Source: Candidatus Omnitrophota bacterium
Lineage (GTDB): Bacteria; Omnitrophota; Gorgyraeia; Zapsychrales; Fredricksoniimonadaceae
Direction of reading: 5' to 3'
Assembly (NCBI GenBank): GCA_903908245.1
Contig: CAIVRE010000033.1
Coordinates: 82,172-146,171, forward strand
DNA length: 64,000 bases
Shown here: in pieces, positions 37,223-46,887 of the stretch
Numbering within the stretch: position 1 is the stretch's first letter
Layout of the letters: every line of letters starts with the position of its first letter
Made by a program: the position numbers and the translations under genes
The notes under the pieces: model-generated
Databases searched by the model: none
What the model saw: only the letters and a program-made list of their open reading frames with translations
What the model was told of the DNA's origin: nothing

Positions 37223-40214
37223 CAAACAGTTTCAGTAATCCCCCCACCGTATTTTGCAGTGTCTTCTTGATGATCGTCGGCGCCGAAATGTTGTGCTCGA
37301 ACTGCGGCTTGGTCAATGTTCCGGTGAGATGGATGTTCACCAGCCCTTGCGTGGGGTTGATGACCGAGATCAGGTCGGTGCCTGTTCCGTTGGAGGCCGG
37401 AGTTTCCAGCCGCGGGGTGATGTTAAAGTCGATGCTTTGGTCGAGCATGTCCAGCCAGCCTTCTCCGATGAGAGATACCGTCGCGCTGGAGAGCGTCAGA
37501 TTGTTGGTCTCCACTTTGCCGTCTTTAATGTTGAATGTGGCGTTCGCTTCGCGGATGACGACGCTTCCCCCCTGGAAAGAAGAGGACATGATGCTCAAGA
37601 CCTTGGAGAGGATCGCGAGGTCCCATAAATAACCGTCCGTGATCTGTACCGTGGTCTTGCCGTCCAGGCTTTTAAGGTCGCCTGGCGTCCCTTTTATTTC
37701 TCCGGCGACGGTCAGTGATCCGGACAGTTGCTGGTTTTTTAGCGGGGTGTCGCGCTTGAGGAGTTCCAGGTTGGTGCCGTTGAGCTTGAAGGTGCTTTCG
37801 AAGGGGAAGTTCGGTTTGACCAGGTCCACCTGGCCGATCACGCCCAGATCTCCGTCGTAGAGCTTGCCTTTGATCTCCAGCGGGCGGAGTTCGCCGTTGT
37901 TCTGGGTGGCATCAAGCGTGATATCGTTGATCGTATAGCCCATCACATTGAGGGCGGGGGTTTCGATGTTGAACGTCGACTCCAGCCGCTGCCAGTTGAC
38001 CGGGTCCCCTTTGACCCGTGCGGTCACTTTCAGGACTCCGGCGAGTTTGAGGTCTTCCACCTGTTTGACGAGTTTTTTGGCTTCGGCCGGCGGGATAAAT
38101 TCGGGGATCATTTTCGGAATGTCGCGCAGGGAGGCTTTGGCGGTCATGGCGATATTCAGTGAAGGGGCTTTTCCCGGCGGGATAAAGACTTTCCCGGTGG
38201 CGCTCGCGGAGGAGTCGAACCAGGTGGCGTTAAAGGTTTCAATATTGAGGGTGTCGCCGGTCTTTTTGACCTGGGTGTCGATGCTCATGTTGTCGGTCTT
38301 GACGGATGTGGCTACCAGCGGGTTGAGGAAGTCTTCCAGGTAGCCGTTGAGGGTATAGGTCTTGCCCTGGAACCCGAGTGTCAGGCTGTTCCAGGTCAGC
38401 GTCGGTGTATTATAGATAATGGTCCCGTTGACATTGTTGAGCGTTCCTTTGAGCTTGTCGCTTGTAATGTTCATGTTCTTGAGCGCGGCGGTGACTTTGA
38501 GGCCTTTTTTATCCAGGGCATTGGCTTTTCCGGTGATATCCGCATGGATATCGGCGGTGCCGCCAATGGCCAGGCCGTTATCCTTGATGATCTGCGGGAT
38601 GATCTTTTCGATCAGTCCGAGGTCGAGGTTCAGCACTTCCGCTTTCATGTCCAGGTCGAGGTCGGTAAAGTTGCGGGCGGTCCCGCTTACCTCTATCGGT
38701 GTGCCCAGCACGGAAAAAGAGAGGGCCTTGATCACGGCTGCATTGGTCTTGAGTTCGACAGTGCCGCGGATATCGCGCACATCGCCGACAATGGGGAGGC
38801 CTTTGAAAACGCCGTTGTTGAGCTGGACCGTGCCGTTATAGCGCAGTTCTCCCTGGCCGGCGGGCGGGATCGTCACATGAACGCCCATGGCCGGTGCGCC
38901 GGTAAAGGCCATGCCCTGCGGCAGGGAAAGATTGAGCATATTGAAGATCGGGCGTGCCGCAATGGCCATGGTGCCCTGTTTGAGCTCAAAGGTTGTCCCT
39001 GGGGCGTTGAGGGTGGACTTGATGGAAATACCGGGGATCTGTGCGGTGAGGTTCTTGACCGTGATATCGGCTTTGGCCGTAATGTCCGCCCCGGTCTGGC
39101 TGGCCGAGAGTTGGGCGAGCGTGATGTCGGCCTGTGCTTTTTGTCCTGCACCGATATCGGCCGCGAGTCCTTTGATGTCGGCATCGGTTGAAAGCGTCCA
39201 GTCTTTTCCCTTCATGGCAAAGTTTGTTCCGACGGATTTAATGCTGGCGCTGAATTTCTGCCCCTGGCTTGTTTCAAGGCTGGCGTCCTGCAGCGCGACG
39301 GTCCCCTGAAAATTGACCTCGTCTTTCTTGACGGTCAGGAAGATCTTGTCGAGCCCGAGGGTGCCTCGTGTTTTCATGCCCGGCAATGGTTCGGCGTCGA
39401 TATTGTTCAGCAGGGCGTTCCCTGAAACGGCGATGCTGGCGGGGTCGATAAAGACCGTGATATTCGTTTTTGCGATATTGAGCGTTTTAACAGGGACGCT
39501 GATGCTGTCAGGGATAAAACGCAGGTATTTGTCGGTGACGATGTTCTCAAGCTGGATATCGGCCTTGATGTTCCGGTTGTTGACCCCGGCGTGAATGGTG
39601 AAAATGACAGAGCCTTTGGTGGAGGGGATCCCGATGTTGCCGTTGAGCCTGATGCCGCCGGTCAGGGCGAGGGAGCCCCTGATATTGATGGGTTCGATCA
39701 TTTCGCTGAAACCGTCACCGCCGACAAGGTCGGTCAATTTGATGCGGGCATTGTTGACCGACAGTCCGGTGATCACAAGGTCCATGGGTTTTTCCGTTGC
39801 GGCTCCGCTGGCCGCCGGCGCGCCTGGCCGGGGCGTCAGGAGGTCGGAGAAGTTCCAGGCGTTGGCGTTGAGGCGGATCACCCGCGCGGAAAGGTTGTCC
39901 ACGCTGACCGTCGGCAGGACGATCTTTTTCTGGAGCAGGGCCGGAAAAAGGACCTGGGCGCAGGCGCGGTCGATATGGACGAAGATCTCGTCGGGGTTAT
40001 CTTTACTGTAGACGGTCAGGTCTTTGATGACAAAGCCGTTGAGGACATTGTACTGCAGGGTGTCAAAAGTGACTTTGCGGCCGAGGGCTTCCTCGGCGGC
40101 TTTGATGGCCATGCCTTTGACCTGCACGGGAAGAAGGATCTTGTTCACATAATACAGGCCGGAGGTGACAAGGACGGCAATGATCGCAAGGGTCAGAAGG
40201 ATCTTTTTAAGCAT
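37218..40214 (-). CDS. AsmA-family / TamB-like giant envelope protein (998 aa)
   Basis: N-terminal membrane anchor (ILLTLAIIAVLVTSGLYYV) followed by about 950 aa of beta-rich repetitive sequence. Family call is by architecture only. Confidence 0.5.
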   Translation of the reverse strand: MLKKILLTLAIIAVLVTSGLYYVNKILLPVQVKGMAIKAAEEALGRKVTFDTLQYNVLNGFVIKDLTVYSKDNPDEIFVHIDRACAQVLFPALLQKKIVLPTVSVDNLSARVIRLNANAWNFSDLLTPRPGAPAASGAATEKPMDLVITGLSVNNARIKLTDLVGGDGFSEMIEPINIRGSLALTGGIRLNGNIGIPSTKGSVIFTIHAGVNNRNIKADIQLENIVTDKYLRFIPDSISVPVKTLNIAKTNITVFIDPASIAVSGNALLNNIDAEPLPGMKTRGTLGLDKIFLTVKKDEVNFQGTVALQDASLETSQGQKFSASIKSVGTNFAMKGKDWTLSTDADIKGLAADIGAGQKAQADITLAQLSASQTGADITAKADITVKNLTAQIPGISIKSTLNAPGTTFELKQGTMAIAARPIFNMLNLSLPQGMAFTGAPAMGVHVTIPPAGQGELRYNGTVQLNNGVFKGLPIVGDVRDIRGTVELKTNAAVIKALSFSVLGTPIEVSGTARNFTDLDLDMKAEVLNLDLGLIEKIIPQIIKDNGLAIGGTADIHADITGKANALDKKGLKVTAALKNMNITSDKLKGTLNNVNGTIIYNTPTLTWNSLTLGFQGKTYTLNGYLEDFLNPLVATSVKTDNMSIDTQVKKTGDTLNIETFNATWFDSSASATGKVFIPPGKAPSLNIAMTAKASLRDIPKMIPEFIPPAEAKKLVKQVEDLKLAGVLKVTARVKGDPVNWQRLESTFNIETPALNVMGYTINDITLDATQNNGELRPLEIKGKLYDGDLGVIGQVDLVKPNFPFESTFKLNGTNLELLKRDTPLKNQQLSGSLTVAGEIKGTPGDLKSLDGKTTVQITDGYLWDLAILSKVLSIMSSSFQGGSVVIREANATFNIKDGKVETNNLTLSSATVSLIGEGWLDMLDQSIDFNITPRLETPASNGTGTDLISVINPTQGLVNIHLTGTLTKPQFEHNISAPTIIKKTLQNTVGGLLKLFE

Positions 40215-40369
40215 AGGGTCCTTTGGTGATAGAATAACAATATGTGGCTGAAGCGTTGCCCGAGAGGTTCATATTAATGAATTTATTGTAATGAAGCAAG
40301 GGGTTCATCGACCAACAGGCAGAAAACGGCTGACCATTTTATTAATAGAGGAATGATCGGGGGGATCTT

Positions 40370-40957
40370 ATGGCAGTACTTGTAGGAAAACAGGCGCCGG
40401 AGTTTAACGCTACTGCGGTACAGGAAGACGGGATCATTGATCAGTTCAAGCTTTCTTCTTTAAGGGGCAAGCATGTGGTGCTTTTTTTTTATCCGCTGGA
40501 TTTTACTTTTGTTTGTCCCACCGAGCTTCACGCGTTCTCGGACAAGCTTGATGAGTTCAAGAAGCGCGGCGTTGAGGTGGTGGGTGTCAGTGTGGATTCG
40601 CATTACAGCCATTTGGCCTGGCTGCGTATCCCCAGGGAGAAGGGCGGTATCGGAGGCGTCAAGTATCCCATTGTTTCCGACCTGAACAAATCCATTGCCC
40701 GTGATTATGATGTTCTGGTGGAAGGCCGGGGGATCGCGTTCCGCGGGCTTTTTCTGATAGACCGGCAGGGGATCGTGCGCCATCAGGTGGTCAATGACCT
40801 TCCGTTGGGCCGCAGCGTGGATGAAGCCTTGCGCATGGTCGACGCGCTTCAGTATTTTGAAACTAACGGCGAGGTTTGTCCGGCCAATTGGCGCAAGGGC
40901 GAAAAATCCATGAGGGCCAACCAGAAGGGGCTGGAAGAGTTTTTCGGTAAGTCGTAA
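40370..40957 (+). CDS. 2-Cys peroxiredoxin (AhpC/Prx1 family)
   Basis: FFYPLDFTFVCPTE peroxidatic Cys motif and resolving Cys in …GEVCPANW. Confidence 0.85.
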   Translation: MAVLVGKQAPEFNATAVQEDGIIDQFKLSSLRGKHVVLFFYPLDFTFVCPTELHAFSDKLDEFKKRGVEVVGVSVDSHYSHLAWLRIPREKGGIGGVKYPIVSDLNKSIARDYDVLVEGRGIAFRGLFLIDRQGIVRHQVVNDLPLGRSVDEALRMVDALQYFETNGEVCPANWRKGEKSMRANQKGLEEFFGKS

Positions 40958-41075
40958 TGGTCCTGTTTTTGGCTTATATAATTAAATAGTATATACTTCT
41001 GTTGTCTGGTGGCGTTTGTTGATGTTTTTCATTGGTTCCTGGGATGACGGCTATTGGCAGCAGAAAGTTTAGTGT

Positions 41076-44000
41076 ATGGTCCGTTTTGAAATGAAGCGGC
41101 TGATCGCAGCATCTGTTCTGGCGGCATTTATTGCCTTTGCGGTGGCACCTCCTGTGCGTGCCCAGATGCCTGTTGTTCCCGCGAGCGGCATTATGACCCC
41201 GGGCCCCTTTGGAGCTCCGGCGGTCCTGCGTGCGGTGCGTGTCCATCCCAATGACCCGTTCCTTCTGGATTTTATCGTTGATGCAGGGACGTTGAAGGCG
41301 GAGGGCGCCGGGCTTGAATCTCAAAAGCTTGTCCGGTATTTTCTGGCGGCGCTCACGATCCCTGAAAAAGACCTTTGGGTCAATTTATCCCCTTACGAAA
41401 AAGACCGCATTATTCCCGAGGCTTTCGGCCTGACGGCCATGGGCCGCGATGCGCTTGAGCAGGACCGGATCCTGAAGGTGCTGACCGCGAGCCTGCTTCA
41501 TCCCGACAGCCCGACGGGCCGCCAGTTCTGGAGCGAGGTTTATCGCCGGACAGCGCAGCAGCCGGGGGCCGGGGATATTCCGGTCGATACGTTCAACAAG
41601 GTCTGGATCATGCCGGATACGGCCAGGGTCTATGAAAAGAACGGCCGGGCGTTCATTACCCGGGCGAGGATGAAGGTCATGCTTGAGTCGGATTATGTTG
41701 CGCGCAAAGCGTCGGGTTCCGGGACGGAAGGCCACGGGCCGTTACAGTCCCCGGCGAAAGCGCAGGAACTGGCGGCCGGGGTCCTGCGTGAAGTCATCAT
41801 TCCCGTTCTTGAGAAAGAGGTTAACGAGGGGGCGCGTTTTGCTCCGCTTCGACAGATCTATCATTCCCTTATTCTGGCGGCATGGTTCAAGATGCGCCTT
41901 AAAGACAGCGTTCTTGGCCATGATTATGCGGACCAGCGCAAGACTTCGGGGATCACGACCGATGATCCCGGCGCGCGCCAGCGCATTTATGAGCAGTATC
42001 TGGAGACTTTCCGCAAGGGGGTTTACGACCTTATCCGGGAGGAGACCGATCTTCTGACCCGGGAAGTGATCCCGCGGAAATATTTTTCCGGCGGATGGAC
42101 CGGAGACGTTCGGGTCGATGCGTCGGAAACCAGGCCGGAGTCGGAAGGGTTCAGCGGCGAGCCATTGCATGTCCAGGTTGCCTTGAAAAGGGTGGCGGTC
42201 CGTGTTTTGCCGGAAGGGGTTTTTCCTCTCGGGGCGATAACGGTATCCATGCCCGGTGGGGTGGTGCATCCGGTCCATCCTCAGGGCGAGGCGGCCCGGC
42301 GGTTGGCGGTGCGGTCTCTTCCGGAGTCTCTGCAGGCATTGGATAAAAGCCGCGGTACGGTCCTTTCCGGGGAGGCGGAGCAGGTCCTCGGGCAGGTCTG
42401 GAACCGGGTCCATTATGATCTCGGGAATTACAGGGACGAAGGGCCGTTGACCTTTGAAGCCCGGGAGATCAGCGGGTTCGAGCGGCTGGAGATAAGAGGT
42501 GACGATCGGCAAAAGTCGATCCGGTATTTTTATCGCATTCTTTGGGCGGATGGACAGGGCCCTGTCCGGCTTATCCGCGGGGAGATGCTGGACATGAAAC
42601 AGGAATTATCGGCGGTGCAATATTTGAACGGTGATGAATATGAGGTTGTTGCCGGATGGGCCGGGAAAGTCCCGGCGCACAAGGATAACGACTGGTCGTC
42701 CTGGTATTTTGATCAGTTCAGCCAGACCTATCAGGAGTATCAGACGCGGATCCATGTTCATATGGGCGATCTGCTCGCCCAGGTCCTCAAGAGAACGCCT
42801 TCAGCGGGGGCGGGGCCTGTGGTGCTTCATCTGGCGGCCGGTGACGGAACCTTTCTCCGGTCTTTCTTCGACAAGCACGGCCCGCAGGGAGTGCATTATT
42901 TGCTGGAGCGGAATTTTGATGCGGTATCTTCCGCCAGGAAACTCTTGTCGGGCTCGGCGGCCCATATTTTCAGGGTCGATCTTAATACCGCTGATTCCTT
43001 GTCTGGCATAAAGAATTATGAAGGTGAAGAGGTTCCCGGGGCGGTGGATGTGGTCGTGGGGATCGGCGCCCTGAATATCCAGGTTTTTGACAGGAAGCAG
43101 GGAGAGGCCCTGGCGAAAAAGATGTTCGATGCGCTGCGTCCGGGCGGGATCGCGCTGCTTACAGGATTCAGTGCTCCGCTGCTGGACCGGATATTTTATG
43201 AAAGCCTCGGTTTCATTGTGCACAATACCAGTTATGACGGTACGCATTCGCTGTATATTCTTCAGAAGCCGGACCCGTCGCAAAGGAGTGCGTTGCAGGA
43301 CTGGGCGAGATCGGCCATCGCGGAAGTGGATACAGGCGGCGTTGACTGGAATGTGGTTTTATTGGACAAGAAAGATCCGAGCATTGATCTCGACGCGCTC
43401 TTGAAGCCGGCGGTTGCGCGTAACGGGCATATTTATGGCCTGGAAAAAATGTCGATGGTGATTTTGCCCGGAGGCCCTGCGCTTTTTATCGCCGATGATC
43501 ATCCGCAGGCACTCCCGTTCTGGTGGCTGATGCAGAAGGCCGGGGTCTTGCGGGCCAAGGGGAACCGGCTGTTGCATATCGATGCTCATCCGGATGCGGC
43601 GCTGCCGGGGAATTACGATCAGTACCAGGGGCGCACTCTGGATGCTCTTTGGCAGGGGGGGAGGCTTAAGGATGTGCAGGATCTGGCGACCAACAAGTAT
43701 GGCATCCAGGGGTTTATTTCTCCGCTGGTCGAGTATGGCCGGAAGGAGGGGGGCTCTTTTATCGACATGTTCCTTTTCTGGAAGTATCTGGGCGTTGACC
43801 GGCTCTATCCGATGAAGAACGCCGGGCATGAGTATAAGGAAAACATGGATACGCCGGTGCCGCTCAACGAGAATGAAATTGATATCCTGGACATTGACCT
43901 GGATGTGTTCGGGTTAGTGGAAAACAGCGATATTGAGGTTTATCTCGAGAGGATGGCCCGGCTGGCATTGAAGGCCAAAGCCGTTTCTATTGTGACGAGC

Positions 44001-44303
44001 CCGGAGTATATCGATCAGGCGCGATCGATCCTTCTGGCCAGGAGGCTTGTTCAAAGGATCATTGAATTACAGTCTTTGATCGGGACGCAGAGCCCGGGGC
44101 AGGTTGGACAGGGACAGGATGCGACGGGAGGTATTGATCTGGTTTCTCATCGGGATGTGCTGGACGTTACCTCAGGTGGCGGGCAGGAAGCGGGAATGTC
44201 CGTGGACCAGGGGCCATTGACTCATGTGGTGATCGAGGGCTTAAGCCCCGAGGTCGTTTCATCTGTGCCGCTCAAGGACCTTGCGGCATTCATGGGAGAG
44301 TAG
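41076..44303 (+). CDS. secreted 1075-aa multidomain protein: unknown N-domain (paralogous to ORF 2..1885), class I SAM-methyltransferase-like fold, arginase/UPF0489-like metal-binding domain
   Basis: Signal peptide MKRLIAASVLAAFIAFAVAPPVRA. Shared N-domain motifs. MTase-like VLHLAAGDGTF…ALRPGGIALLTGF. LHIDAHPDAALPG and ILDIDLDVFG resemble the arginase-fold DAHxD / DxDxD motifs. Confidence 0.55.
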   Translation: MVRFEMKRLIAASVLAAFIAFAVAPPVRAQMPVVPASGIMTPGPFGAPAVLRAVRVHPNDPFLLDFIVDAGTLKAEGAGLESQKLVRYFLAALTIPEKDLWVNLSPYEKDRIIPEAFGLTAMGRDALEQDRILKVLTASLLHPDSPTGRQFWSEVYRRTAQQPGAGDIPVDTFNKVWIMPDTARVYEKNGRAFITRARMKVMLESDYVARKASGSGTEGHGPLQSPAKAQELAAGVLREVIIPVLEKEVNEGARFAPLRQIYHSLILAAWFKMRLKDSVLGHDYADQRKTSGITTDDPGARQRIYEQYLETFRKGVYDLIREETDLLTREVIPRKYFSGGWTGDVRVDASETRPESEGFSGEPLHVQVALKRVAVRVLPEGVFPLGAITVSMPGGVVHPVHPQGEAARRLAVRSLPESLQALDKSRGTVLSGEAEQVLGQVWNRVHYDLGNYRDEGPLTFEAREISGFERLEIRGDDRQKSIRYFYRILWADGQGPVRLIRGEMLDMKQELSAVQYLNGDEYEVVAGWAGKVPAHKDNDWSSWYFDQFSQTYQEYQTRIHVHMGDLLAQVLKRTPSAGAGPVVLHLAAGDGTFLRSFFDKHGPQGVHYLLERNFDAVSSARKLLSGSAAHIFRVDLNTADSLSGIKNYEGEEVPGAVDVVVGIGALNIQVFDRKQGEALAKKMFDALRPGGIALLTGFSAPLLDRIFYESLGFIVHNTSYDGTHSLYILQKPDPSQRSALQDWARSAIAEVDTGGVDWNVVLLDKKDPSIDLDALLKPAVARNGHIYGLEKMSMVILPGGPALFIADDHPQALPFWWLMQKAGVLRAKGNRLLHIDAHPDAALPGNYDQYQGRTLDALWQGGRLKDVQDLATNKYGIQGFISPLVEYGRKEGGSFIDMFLFWKYLGVDRLYPMKNAGHEYKENMDTPVPLNENEIDILDIDLDVFGLVENSDIEVYLERMARLALKAKAVSIVTSPEYIDQARSILLARRLVQRIIELQSLIGTQSPGQVGQGQDATGGIDLVSHRDVLDVTSGGGQEAGMSVDQGPLTHVVIEGLSPEVVSSVPLKDLAAFMGE

Positions 44304-44365
44304 ACAGTATCGGGTAAGTCTGGTATAACTACTTTTCGTTTTGATGCTCTTGAAGGATGTTATAA

Positions 44366-44442
44366 CGGGAAATAGCGCAGCTGGCTAGCGCACTTGCTTT
44401 GGGAGCAAGGGGTCGAGGGTTCGAATCCCTCTTTCCCGACCA
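44366..44442 (+). tRNA. tRNA-Pro (anticodon UGG)
   Basis: Cloverleaf folded by hand: acceptor CGGGAAA/TTTCCCG with C1-G72, D-stem GCGC, anticodon loop TTTGGGA (anticodon TGG, G37), T-arm GAGGG-TTCGAAT-CCCTC, discriminator A plus CCA. Confidence 0.85.
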
Positions 44443-44453
44443 TGTTATACCGA

Positions 44454-44484
44454 CGGGGCAGATAAAACTGCTCCGTTTTTGTTT
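44454..44484 (+). terminator. rho-independent terminator downstream of tRNA-Pro
   Basis: CGGGGCAG-ataaaa-CTGCTCCG followed by TTTTTGTTT. Confidence 0.6.
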
Positions 44485-44509
44485 ATGGCCACTGTCACCA
44501 AAACTGTAA

Positions 44510-45547
44510 CTAAAATTTAAGTTTCTTGATCGATTTGTGAAAATGGGCAGGCAGGATATGGGTGTACCTCTGCGTGATCTCAAGATTGGAATGACCCAAG
44601 ATTTTCATAACCGTCATGGGATCGATCCCGGACATGAGCATGTAGGACGAAGCCGAGTGACGGAAGATATGCCAGGCGTCCTTTGTGATCCCAGCCTTTT
44701 TTAGTATTCTCTTCATGATTCGCCGCTGATTTGTGGTCTTGAATACCCGACCAGTGTCCTGGCGGATCCCCAGAAGAACCTTCATCAGCAGGGGATGGAT
44801 CGGGATCAAGCGGTTTTTCTTGCTTTTAGTCCTGAATCCCTCCTTGTTCCGCACCCGGATAACACCCTCCTTTATATCCACATCCTCCCAAGTTAGGTAA
44901 AACAACTCCTTTTTACGCATTCCGGTGAACAGGGCGGTGTAGATCATCGGGTAAATGACCGCGTTTATAGGCTCCTGCGCCGTGGACAAGATCATGTCCA
45001 GGGCTTCCTTTGATGCAAATCGGGCGTCCGTCTCCTCAATATCGAACTTCTTGATACCAGCGGCCGGACTTTTGAAGATGAGGTTCTGGTCCTCGCACCA
45101 TTTAAGCCAGGCTTTGAGCGCGGTGATCGTGTTATTGCAGGAGCATTCGCCAACCGGCGGGTGGACCTTGACCTTCCCAGAGGCAAGGATGACCTTCCGC
45201 GGGGTTTCGATCAGGTGGTTGATGTACGCCGAGATCTTATACTCGGTGATATCCTTCAACTTATTCGTCATGGACCAGTTGATGAATCCGGAGATCCGGG
45301 TGTGGTAATCGGCATTGACGCCGGGCGTCCGGTAGGGATTGCGATCCTCTTCGTACCGTTTGAGGGCATCCGTCGCCGTCTGGTTTGATGATATGGGGGA
45401 GATGCGCTCGGCCAGTTCCTGGTCCAGTTTGGCCTGCAGGTACTTCGCCTCGGAAAGATCGCTCGTTTCCAAGGACTTATAGAACGGGACCCCGTTCTTA
45501 TACCCTTTAATCCAATAGATATTTCCACGACGATAACGGTGACTCAT
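44510..45547 (-). CDS. int: phage tyrosine integrase
   Basis: C-terminal catalytic region …WHIFRHSASSYMLMSGIDPMTVMKILGHSNLEITQRYTH… (R…HxxR…Y). Confidence 0.85.
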   Translation of the reverse strand: MSHRYRRGNIYWIKGYKNGVPFYKSLETSDLSEAKYLQAKLDQELAERISPISSNQTATDALKRYEEDRNPYRTPGVNADYHTRISGFINWSMTNKLKDITEYKISAYINHLIETPRKVILASGKVKVHPPVGECSCNNTITALKAWLKWCEDQNLIFKSPAAGIKKFDIEETDARFASKEALDMILSTAQEPINAVIYPMIYTALFTGMRKKELFYLTWEDVDIKEGVIRVRNKEGFRTKSKKNRLIPIHPLLMKVLLGIRQDTGRVFKTTNQRRIMKRILKKAGITKDAWHIFRHSASSYMLMSGIDPMTVMKILGHSNLEITQRYTHILPAHFHKSIKKLKF

Positions 45548-46233
45548 TTGAACCTTACTGCGACCACCTTATACATGAATTCCACGTCCTCATTGCATGC
45601 AATGATCGGAGAATACTCCTCTCCATTAAGGGACCGGAACATGACCGCATCCAGTTTGACCGGGAAGTTCTGTGGGTAATTCTTGAGCCGGTCGTAGTAA
45701 CACTTTGCGAAATTTTTATAGCGATCGATCTGCAGATCGATGAAGATCTTGAAGAACGCTCCGTGGGTCCTTAATTTGACGTAGACATAATCCCCGCTTT
45801 TTACCTCAAGGGACGGGTTAAACACCACAACATCGCCGTCGTTTGCCAACGGTTTCATGCTATCGCCCCTGACAATGATTGCTTTGGCACCCTCCAAGTC
45901 TTTGTTGTTTTCTTCCCCGAGATGAGTATTTGATTTTATGCGTCCAGCCATGGCCTCCCCGACAATCGGAATTATTGGCATACCTGGCGACAAGGATACC
46001 ACATCCTTCTCGACGTGACCACCCAGGGCCAGAAGGTCCGTAAGAGGGACCTGGAGGACGGTTGACAACCTCTTCAAGTTCAGTAACGACGGCCTCCGCT
46101 TTCTATTTAGTAAGCGCGACAATTCGCCCTCGTCAACCCCGGACTGTTGGGCAACCTGACGGGGCGTCATGTTCAACTGATCGATACGTCGTCGTATAAA
46201 GTCGATGAGGTTTTCCATATTTAACGCCTCCAT
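45544..46233 (-). CDS. phage CI-like repressor (HTH_XRE plus S24 LexA-type peptidase domain)
   Basis: N-terminal HTH (…LNMTPRQVAQQSGVDEGELSRLLNRKR) and C-terminal GDSMKP…K autoproteolysis motif. Confidence 0.75.
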   Translation of the reverse strand: MEALNMENLIDFIRRRIDQLNMTPRQVAQQSGVDEGELSRLLNRKRRPSLLNLKRLSTVLQVPLTDLLALGGHVEKDVVSLSPGMPIIPIVGEAMAGRIKSNTHLGEENNKDLEGAKAIIVRGDSMKPLANDGDVVVFNPSLEVKSGDYVYVKLRTHGAFFKIFIDLQIDRYKNFAKCYYDRLKNYPQNFPVKLDAVMFRSLNGEEYSPIIACNEDVEFMYKVVAVRFK

Positions 46234-46253
46234 TTTTCCGATTATCTCATGAG

Positions 46254-46315
46254 AACTTGGGAAATGTCAATTAAAAACATTGGACATGCCCAAAACTTGG
46301 AAAATGTCATTAAAT
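46254..46315. promoter_or_regulatory. two ~21-bp direct-repeat candidate operator sites in the repressor / early divergent region
   Basis: AACTTGGGAAATGTCAATTAAA (46254-46275) and AACTTGGAAAATGTCATTAAAT (46294-46315). Confidence 0.5.
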
Positions 46316-46319
46316 TTAC

Positions 46320-46348
46320 TTGACAACTCACAAGGCAGGGTTTATATT
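46320..46348 (+). promoter_or_regulatory. rightward early promoter (TTGACA-17 nt-TATATT)
   Basis: Consensus -35 and near-consensus -10 with 17-nt spacing directly downstream of the operator repeats. Confidence 0.5.
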
Positions 46349-46392
46349 GGCTTGTGTTGGCACAAGTTAAGCAGGCACCGACGGAGGAAGTT

Positions 46393-46614
46393 ATGGACAA
46401 CGGATTTGACAGGGCATGCCCAAGCGGAAATATCATGGTCGAATTGTCAGGAGGAGAGCCGCCACCATATTCAAATGAATGCATCACGTGCAGAAAGGAG
46501 GAAGGGCATTATTGCCGCGAATGCGGTGAGGAGATAACGGAGGAGCAGTGTGAGAACCTGGGCGGGCTTTGTGAAGTCTGCCAGGAAGCCATCGACGAAT
46601 ACAAAAAACAATAA
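46393..46614 (+). CDS. small Cys-rich (zinc-ribbon-like) phage early protein
   Basis: Strong SD GGAGGAAG-N5-ATG. CPSG…CITCRKEEGHYCRECG…CENLGGLCEVC. Confidence 0.45.
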   Translation: MDNGFDRACPSGNIMVELSGGEPPPYSNECITCRKEEGHYCRECGEEITEEQCENLGGLCEVCQEAIDEYKKQ

Positions 46615-46626
46615 GGAGTTAAATCA

Positions 46627-46863
46627 ATGGTAACGACCGGAACACAGTCAGCAGAGATCGTTGACCTCAAGAGGGTGGCCGAGATCCTCGGGTACAACGT
46701 GAACCATCTCTACCGCTTGTGGCCAAAGTGGAGAGATATCAAGGACGATAAGGGCAAGCGTATCCTTCGCGTTTTGAAGGCAAGGCCGAGCGCACCGCCT
46801 CGCTTTTACATCGAGGACATCTTCAAGATCGCAGAGCGCATCGGGACACAAAACAACAACTAA
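46627..46863 (+). CDS. hypothetical phage early protein (possible DNA-binding)
   Basis: AAGGAG RBS, 78 aa, basic. Confidence 0.4.
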   Translation: MVTTGTQSAEIVDLKRVAEILGYNVNHLYRLWPKWRDIKDDKGKRILRVLKARPSAPPRFYIEDIFKIAERIGTQNNN

Positions 46864-46887
46864 TCAAGAAACATTGGGAGGTTTTAT

